Shown: piece after piece, positions 27,082 through 36,600 of the stretch
Layout of the letters: each line of letters starts with the position of its first letter
Position numbering within the stretch: the first letter of the stretch is position 1
IMG/VR virus record: IMGVR_UViG_3300031992_000007
Span: 128,001-192,000 of that record
Direction: 5' to 3' (one strand)
DNA: 64,000 nt
Source: a virus
Lineage: Duplodnaviria; Caudoviricetes
Notes under the pieces: model-generated
What the model was told of the DNA's origin: nothing
Databases searched by the model: none
What the model saw: the letters and a program-made list of their open reading frames with translations, nothing else
Translations under genes and position numbers: made by a program

Positions 27082-27537
27082 TTATTTCTCCATTTGAAGT
27101 GCACGTTCTTCACGTGCGAACTGGCTCGCAGATTTGTTGGCGAGACGTGCTGCCAACTCTTTTCTCTCCAAACGGGCAAGCCGATTCCGTTCGCAGATAG
27201 CAGCTTGTGCTGCCTTGTAGTCCATCTTTTCCTTCCACGCGGCGTGAGCTTTGGGTGCTACCCTAGCTATTACGTCCCATGGAAGTATCTGGTTCAGAAG
27301 ATAAGCCAACTGATCGTCTGTAGTTTTGTTTGCTAAGACGTTCAGGAACCTGTCCCTGACCACGATACCGTAATGCAATTTCCCATCAATAGTTGGGAAC
27401 GCAGTTACAGTCTTCTCGAAACCAGCATCGGTTGTACTGATGTCAGTCCCGAGCAGAATGAAGTGCAGCCCAGTGATAGGCTGCCTCCATACCTTGTCGG
27501 CGATGAACTGTTCACCGACTGTTTTGTCCTCAGCCAT
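27082..27537 (-). CDS. Early hypothetical protein
   Basis: SD AAAGGAG before ATG 27537; TATACATTAC promoter at 27581-27590. Confidence 0.7.
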   Translation of the reverse strand: MAEDKTVGEQFIADKVWRQPITGLHFILLGTDISTTDAGFEKTVTAFPTIDGKLHYGIVVRDRFLNVLANKTTDDQLAYLLNQILPWDVIARVAPKAHAAWKEKMDYKAAQAAICERNRLARLERKELAARLANKSASQFAREERALQMEK

Positions 27538-27642
27538 AAAATCTCCTTTCTTATTGATGGTTGATGGTTCAGACACTAAAGTAATGTATAAACGAATAAA
27601 AATGAACTACCCTCCGGCTTGCACCGGAGGGTAGTTTTGACC

Positions 27643-30600
27643 TTAAACTTGTTTCTTACGAAGATCGAATCCAGTCTGTGGCCCACCATTGTTGTCGTTG
27701 TACGACACATTGTTGGTATCACCACCGGCAGGCATACTGGAGATAGCAGAAGCCAGGTCTCCCATGCCATCGACCTTAAGACCATTCTGTCCGATGACAG
27801 ATGCAAGTAGACCGATGAGCTTCTGGTTCTGCTCGATAAGCTGTGCAAGTTTGTCGTCGTTAGGCGATTCCTTTGGTAGAGGTGCCGGTTTAGGCTCTTC
27901 CTTCTTCGGTGAGAAGAAGTCAGTAACACTACTCTTGAGCTTGTCCAGCCATCCGCCACTGGTTTCAGGTTCGATAACCTTAGGCTGAATGTTCTTACTA
28001 AGCTCAGTAGCCATGAGGTTGGTAGTAGGTTCGCTAGCCTTGTCCTCAGCATGAACAACACCATCCGCAGTCTTGACGTCATTGGCAGGGCCGATGTCCT
28101 CACCATGGAGAAGAGAGTTGAGCTTGGAACCAACCTTGGACAGGAGGTTACCAGCAACGTTACGTACAGGCATGATAGCCTCAGTACCTGCTTCTCCAGC
28201 TTCAACAGGAACACCATCTCCAACAAGAGCTTCTTTAGCCTTGTTAAGGAAGGCACCTGTCTTCTTGAACATCGCACGTTGGATGCCGAATGGATCAACC
28301 GCAGTGGCTAGACCCTTCTTAGCAAACCTCTTAAGTTTACCAAAGAATCCGCCTTTAGCGAAACGTTCCTCGAACTCGTCGTCCTCCTCACGAGCTTTGG
28401 CTTTCTTAGCAGCACGACGTTCCTCATAATCAGGGAGTTGTTCTTCGTACATCTCCTTGACATAATCAGGGTAGTTCTCGTACTGCCCCATAGCCTTCGC
28501 CATGCCGATGATACCCATTTGCTTGTCGGTAAGACCGTCCTTGCTAACAGGTTCACCAGCGATACGAATACCCGTGCGGGATGTCGATTCGGTAACGCTA
28601 CCGTCCTCGTCCTCAGAGGTTGTGCTAGATACCTCATCGTAAGTGCCATCGTCAATAGAAGTGGTCTTACCTTTCTTCTTGGGCGACTTACCGTACGTAG
28701 AAGCATCTTGACCGGTCTCCATCTCCCAGGCTTCTCTGGCTGCCTCTTCGGAGTCAGGATCGCCAGGCTGTTCAACTTGTGCCAACCATGGTTTCCGCTG
28801 TATAGCCAGTTTGCCATAGTGCTCTTCAGCAAGAGGATTACTGTACCCAGGTTCTGGTGGTTTCTCTTCAACTACAGGAGCGTTTCCGGTCACAGGGTTG
28901 ACGGACTTAGCTGCATCAGCGAGTTCCTGGTTCTTCTGTTCCAGTTCTTCTGCTTCCGCATCTTCTGCCTCTTCCTCGGCTTCCTCTTGCTTACGCTTGA
29001 GGTCCGAGACGACAGCATCCTCACCCGCTATGTCCTTCAGCTTCTTCTGCCAACCCTCAAGTTTCTCATCCGACCATTCAGCAGACGCGGAATCCACTTC
29101 ACGACGGAGTTCCTTAAGAGAATCGACAGTACGACCGTTGAACCACCTCTTGTCAGCCTTGACAGTAGATTCGTCGATGTCTTTAATCAACTGTCTACCG
29201 CGACGTTCGAGATCCTGATCCTCAGCATCGAAGTTGTAGCTGCTCTTAGCCTTGTCCCCGGCGATCTCCTTAAGCTTCTCCTTGAACTGCTTAAGGTTTT
29301 CGTCATCCCACTCTGGCTTCTTAGCTTCAACCGCTTGTTTGAGAGATTCAAGTAGGGACTTCTCGCTATTCCACCAATGGAACTCCTCCTTAGTCTTGTC
29401 AATATCTTCGACAAGAGATTTGCCCTTGGCCAGAACATTCTCGTCCATACCAGCTTCAAGATCTTCGTTGTCCTTGTCAGGAGCATCGTCGATACCGAAG
29501 AACTTAACCATCTTGCGATACTTCTCGCGCCATTCGTCGAGTTTCTCCTTGGACCATTCTCCGCGACCCCAGTCGATGCGAGTCTTGAGCGCCTTAAGAG
29601 CACCCTTCTTAACCAGCATCTGACCGAGTCCACCGGAACCACTGAAGAATCCGACTTTACTGGAAGCATCGTCGATGTCCTTCATTAGGGCTTCACCGCG
29701 CTTAGCGATTTCATCCTGGTCTTCCTCACCTTCTTCGTCCATAACTTCATGTGTGTCATCCTTCATGCGTTTAGCACGCTTGAGGATATCACGCCATTTG
29801 TCCTGGATGCCCATAGTGAGTTTCTCGAGAGCCTTCTTGCTAATAGAACCGATGCCAGGAGTATTGAACGAAGGGTGATTCTGTATCTTGGAGATGTGAG
29901 CAACGAGGTCATCGAGCTCCGCAACCTCAGGACTATTCACATTCATTCCGACTGCGGACTTCATGATGCGGTCCTTGAGATTGTCGAAGTATTCGATCAT
30001 CTCACCCCTGGTCATCTTGCCAAGCTTCGCGGCTTCTTCCTCAGAGTTACCTAACCCAAACTCAGCAGGATCTATCTCTTCAGAGTCACTGGTTCCTTCA
30101 CCATTCTCTTCCTTCTCTTTCTGTTCGAGTTCAGATAGAACAGCATCATCCCCAGCGATATCTTTAAGACGTTTTCTGTACTCTTCAAGCTTGTCGTCAG
30201 TCCATTCGGTTTCCTCACCTTCAACCCTAGACTTGAGTCGAGATAGATTCCACTTAATCTTAGGACTTCCGATCCACGAAAATTTGTTAGCAGTATCCTT
30301 AATGTCCTGAAGGACCTTCTTACCGTTTCTGTCGACACGCTCCTTATCCGCCCATTCGTCGTCATCTTTAGGGACTTCTGTAAGGACAGCGTCGTCACCA
30401 GCAATTTCCTTCAGCCTATCACGGAACTTATCAAGTACTCCATCTTTAGCCCACTTCATCTCTTCGCCTTCAACCTGAGATCTCAGACGAGAAAGATTCC
30501 ATTTGATCTTCGGACTAGTGAACCAAGAGAATTTGTCAGATGTCTTGTCTATGTCCTTCAGAAGCATTTTACCTTCTTTATCGGCACGCTCGGCATCTTT

Positions 30601-33600
30601 CCATCCCTCATCACTTTCCATGCTAGCCTTGAGCTCTTCAGCATCCTGACCAGTCAGCTCAGCGAACTGCTTCGCAACGTTATCGAAGAGTTCGTCGCTC
30701 CAAGTAGCTCTCTGAGCGGACAGCATGTCATAGAGACCTGTGAGTTGTTTCTTAAGCAGAGGGCTAGAGAACCAAGAGAGTTTGTTGCGGTACTCATCGA
30801 TCTTGTCGAGGAGCTTTCTACCGCCCTTCTCTATCTCGGGATCACCGAACTTCTCTTCCTTCCACTCAGGCGCAGAGATAACAGCATCTTCTCCAGCGAT
30901 CTCTTTGATTTTGTCACGCCACTCATCGAACTGTTCATCGTTCCACATCGAGAGGTCACCCTTGATCTCACTTCTCAGTGCAGCTAGGCGACTCTTGATA
31001 ATGGGACTACCGATCCAGCTGAAGTTCTCGGATGTTTTGTCAACATCTTTGAGTAGCTGTTTGCCCTTCTCCATCGTTTCGTCGTCAACACCCTCGGCTT
31101 CTTCACCGAAGACATCCTCACCAGTGATGGAGCTATATCGATCACGGAGTTCTTCGAAGTACTCGTCAGACCATTCGCCAGAGTTCTTCAAGTCGCTACG
31201 AAGAGATTTGAGCCGCATCTTCTTGATCGAGAACCAGCTATTGTCGCTCTCGATAGCTTTGCTGATCTTAGCGTCGAGTTCCTCAGCCTGTTTCTTATAC
31301 TGCTCGTAACCATCAGAAGTGAGGTTGTGTTTCATCGCCAGTTCCTGAGGTTTGAGCTTCAGGATATCCTTAGCGAGGTCCATAGCCTCATTATACTTCT
31401 GCCTACGAACAAGCACATCGAACTGAGTAATACCCGCGTCTACGAGACCAGTTTCATCTTCAGATGCTTTCTCTTCGAGTTCCTCTTTGATCTTCTGGCA
31501 GTCTTCGTAGTCCTTCTTACCAGTGATGAAGTTCCAGAAAGACTTAGCGCCTTTGACAACACTGCCTACGACACCACCAAGTTTGATACCAGCAAGCTTC
31601 TTAGCCTTCTTCCAGTTCTGGTTTTCAACAGCCTGGTTGAATGCATCGAGCAACTTGGATGCCTTTGGATCGCCATCCTCAACACGCTGCTCCAATTCCT
31701 TCTGGAACTTGTCGATTTCCTCAGGCGACATTGCATCATCATCGGAACCGAACAGGAAGTTTCCTACAGACTTAAGCGCACGTTTAGCGATGTTCTCATA
31801 CGGCATCTTAGCCAACTTACGAGCCTTTTCCCACTTCTCATCTGCGACGTAGTCTTCGAACATGTCGGAGCGTTTCTGAGCGCCCTTCTTGTTCTCGGCT
31901 ATGTCGATCTGGAATTGCTTTCTAGCTTTAGCGAGTTCAGCTTCGTCCATCGGTTTGCCGTCTCCACCAAGGATCGTTCTCCACTGGTTGAGCCAAGCGT
32001 TGCCTAGAGCTTTAGCACCTTTCTTGAGGATACCTTCGTCAGGAGTCTTGGAGATAGCACGAGCCTTCTTCCAGCGTTCTTCCTCAACTGCGTTATTGAA
32101 CGCCTCGAGTTTCTTCTCTGCAGACTTGGAGCCCATGTTGATCTTACGCTGCATCGACTCACGGAACTTAGTGATCTCGGCTTCCTTCATGGGCTCTTCA
32201 CCACTGCCACCGAAGAAGAATCTCCAGGTAGCTTTAGCAGCTTTTGTGACTTTAGACTCATCAGGCAGTTTGGCTATCTGACGAGCTTTCTCCCACTTCT
32301 GCTGGGCTATAGCCTCATTGAACTTGTCGAGCTTTCTCTCAGCCATCTTGTCACCATGGTCAGCACGAGCCTGCATCTTCTTCTGATACTTCTCGATCTC
32401 AGCATCGGTGAGAGGTTTGTCCTGATCAGACTCGAACAACATGGAAAGACCGAGTGTACCAATACGTCTTGTCCACTTGAGGGTAGACTTGACAGCACCG
32501 CCAAACTTAGCAAGGTTAGACTGAACCTCCTTGCCACAGAGTTTCCTGGCTTTCTTCCAGTTCTGCTCTGTTACAGCTTCGTCGAATTTCTCGAGGATCT
32601 TCTCAGCAGCTTTGTTTCCACCATCGGCCATCTTCTGGAGTCGGGCCCGTTCGGTCTCGACTTCCTTATCGGACATTGGTTTGTTCTCGTCCTTCTTCTC
32701 GAAGAGCGTCCCAAGCAGGAATCCAGGTATACCACCAATGGCTGTCATTGCGAGTTTACCCCACTTGACATTGCCCTTGCTGTCCTGGAAGAGTTTACCG
32801 AAGAGACCGCGCTTCTCTAGGCCGGCTATCTTGCGAGCGTTCTTCCAGTCGCCCTCGGACACATAGTCCTCGAACTTACTAAGAAGTTTCTCTGCATTCT
32901 TGCCCTGAGCACCACCCTTTTCGATGAGGCTGTTGAATTTAGCACGAGTCTTCTCGATCTCTTCCTTCTTCATCTCCTCATCCTTCTTACCGAAGAGAAG
33001 ATTACCAAGACCTTTGGTTACCATCCCGATAGGAGAGTTTTTCCACAGAGACTTGATCAGTCCATCAGCTTCCTGTCCAGAGAGTTCACGAGCACGTCTC
33101 CAGTTACCAGCTTCAACAGCTTTCTCGTACTCCTGAAGAATACGATCATAACCAGGCATGCCTTTGTCAATCTTCCTCTGGAGTTTGTTGCGACCAGTTT
33201 CGATTTCCTTATCGGTAAGAGGATTATCATTACCACGAATACCCTTGATGAGTCCGTGAATACCCAGGACCTTGGAAGTAAACTTCATCGCTTTAGCGCC
33301 GATCTTGGAGTTCAAACCAAGTGCGGAGTACATGCGATCTTCACCAGTCAGCTGGTTCTCTTTGGAGATACCATTAGAAGCACCAAGGTTCTCAAGAGTG
33401 TTCTTCTTAGAGAATCCCTTAACACCACGGTAGATACCGTAACCAGCAAGGGCTGCAAGAGCAGCAGGACCAAGAACAGCACCGAGTGAACCGAGGGCCG
33501 CGGTGCCACCAGCAGCTGCTGCACCAGTGGCAGCAGTTCCTGCCGCAGCTGTACCCGCAGCGGCCGTAGTTCCGGCAGCCGCACTACCAGCTCCGAAGAG

Positions 33601-36600
33601 ACTACCAAGCCCACCAAGTTTAGCGGCAATTCCGGCCACACCAGGTATCTTCGTAACTAGACCACCGGCTTTAGCTGCCAGCCCACCTAGTTTACCAACA
33701 CCCGGAATCTTGCCAAGAAGTCCACCAACCTTACCGAGGCCAGGTATTTTGCCAAGCAAACCACCGAGACCTTTGAAAGCTCCGCCAAGCATTCCAGGAA
33801 GTTTACCAAGGATGCCTCCGAAACCTTTAACCATAGTTCCAAGGTGACCACCAAGTCCCTTAAGCATGATACCGAGCTTACCACCAAGAGTCTTGGTAAA
33901 TCCACCCAGCTTGCTTCCGAAACCTTTGATCATTCCCTTGGACCAGGTCTTGGCTCCTTCGAACCAACCCTTCATCATCTTTCCGTACTTAGTGTTACCG
34001 AGTTTATCGGTCATCCACTTCTTGGCTTTGCCCCAGAGACCACTGTCTCCGTTACCACCATCTTTACCTTCACCTTCTTCATTCTTCTTACGCCAATCTA
34101 CATCGACGTGTTCAGCGAAGGTAGGACCTTTCTTCTCCTTGTCAGCATTCTGCATCTGGTCGGCGTAAGTACCATCGACGTCACCATCTCCGTCAGCATC
34201 ACCAGCTGCTTTCTTCTTATCCGAAGCTATAAGTTCGACGTCATCACGGATCTTCTTAACAGCATCGAGCAGTTCCTTGTTAACATCGGTTCCACTGCCT
34301 GTATCAATACCGAAGACACGACCAAGGACTTTACCAACGCCTTTAGCTGCTCCCATTCCAAGACCGAAGAGTCCCTTGAAGACAGTGGCGTACAATCCAC
34401 CAGCTCCCTTAAGACCCTTACCAAGGAAAGGAGTAAGTTTCTCTATGGCATTCGCAGTGGCTCCTACGAGTCCTCTAGTTCCTGCATTCATCGAGAGCTT
34501 CTTGCCATTAGCATCAACAAGTCCAGCCTTGATGTCCTCTTCAGAGATGAGCATCTTGGAAATACCAGCAGCATCTTTCTCAACCGGATCGTAAACAGGT
34601 TCGTGGATGTCAGAAGAGTATTTAACCCTTGTTCCATCTTTGAATACGACACCAGGATCACGTTCCTGTTTGAGACGGGTCAGGATGGGTTTGTCCATGT
34701 GACCCTTAACATAAATGTCGCAGTAAGGCTCTGCAGACTTACCGAATACAACGTTACTAGCAGTCTTGAACATACTGCCCGCAAGCTTGAAAGCCCCAGC
34801 CACAGCAGCTCCAGTTACTCCAAAATAACTCTTAAGCAGTCCAGCAGCACCACCGAGAAGTTTACCGATAGGAGATCCGTCGGGCATAGACAGACCATGC
34901 TCAAGGTCTTCAGCAGTGATGAGATAGTTTCCAGTCCTAGGATCTTTGACCGGACGATTGATGTCCTTGGAAGCCTTGACACGCTCACCGTTGTCAGCGA
35001 ACACTACACCAGGGTCTTCCTTCTGCATGCGAGCAGAGACAAGAGGAGCACCACCTTCTTCACCTTTGCGGTAGATGTCAACGAAAGTAGGTTTCTCAAC
35101 CATCCACTTAGCTGCCTTGGCAGCCTTGTTGACTACATTGCCAGCGAATCCGAACGCTCCCTTGAGAGCACTGCCTGCACCCTTGAGTGCACCACCATAA
35201 ACAAGACCAGCGTAGTGACCAAGGCCCTTAGCAACTTTACCAGCAGCACCAGCAGCGGATTTGATACCACCGCCGATCATCTGGAGCATACCTCTCTTCT
35301 TGATGTAGCCACCCTGTTCAAGGGCAGAGATAAGAGCATCGTGGTTGAAGCCGTTACCGTCTCCACCACCTCCACCAGCCGTACCGATCTTCTCGGTAAT
35401 AGCTGCAAGGAGCTGCTCCTGCGAACCTTTCCAAGTAGCCATCGTGTCGAAGAGAATACCCATCTCTTCAGAGTTCTGTTTCTTCCACTCATCGATCTGC
35501 TCAGTGCGGAACTCAGACTGGAACTTGAACTCCTCAAGGATCTGTTTGAGAGTCTCTGCTTTCTCGTCAGACATACCAGCAAGAGGATCATCAACACTAG
35601 CAGTCGTGTCAGCCTTCTCCCTAGCATCAAGCAGGGTCTGGTTGACAGTCATGATAGCGTCGATAACACTCGTTGGTTTGGACGAATCCTTACTAGCAAA
35701 TACAGTGTTGATAACGGCATTGATACCAGCAGTCTGTGTCTCGAGATTGTGCAGGGTTTCTCTGCAGCTGTCCATGAACACCTTGAATACCGTAAGATCC
35801 TCATCTGAGAAAGTTACGTTAGAAGGACCAGCTGGAGGAGTGAAAAGAGGTTCTCCACCCCCACCTACAGCAGCATCAACTACTTTCTTCTTAACAGACC
35901 CAACAGTCTTCTTGACACTTTCAGGAGTGTGCTTGTCAACGGTTTCCTTGACCTGAGACAACACTTCAGCCGTCTTGGTCTGAACAGCTTGGGTTATGTC
36001 AGCAGCTGCTTTCTTGATACCCTCCTTGTCGGTAGGTATCTTCTCAACGGTCTTGGTGATAGTGTCCTTGACTGTGGAAAGAAGTTCAGCAGCTTCTTCC
36101 TTAGAAGTAGGAATGACGTCGCCGACCTTCTTAACAACATTCTTGACACTTTCTGGTGCGTGTTCGTCGTAGGCTTTGCCAACAGCTGCAGCAGCTGCTT
36201 TAGCAGCACCGGTTGCCTTATCGATACCCTTGTCTATCTTAGCACGAGTTTCCTCGGAGACATGGGATTCGTAGAACTCCTTGGCTGTTTGCTTGGTTTT
36301 CTCAGCCTTATCGACTACAGCATCCTTGATCTCCTCGAACTTCTCCTTGGAAGAAGCACGAAGCTTGTCCATAGCAGCCTTAGGATCTTCACGGATCTCT
36401 TTGGCAAGATCCATCACCTTCTGTCCGCCTTCTTTACCAGCGTTCAGCAGGTCGATACCTTTAGCTTCCAGGTCGGCAAGAATACCAGCACGATAGATTG
36501 GGTCAGTTACGATCTTGCTTGCGAACTCACTGAAGTTACTGGCTATGTCTGACAGGAAGGTTTTCGACTGATCGAATTTACCTTTAGCCCTAGCCATGAT

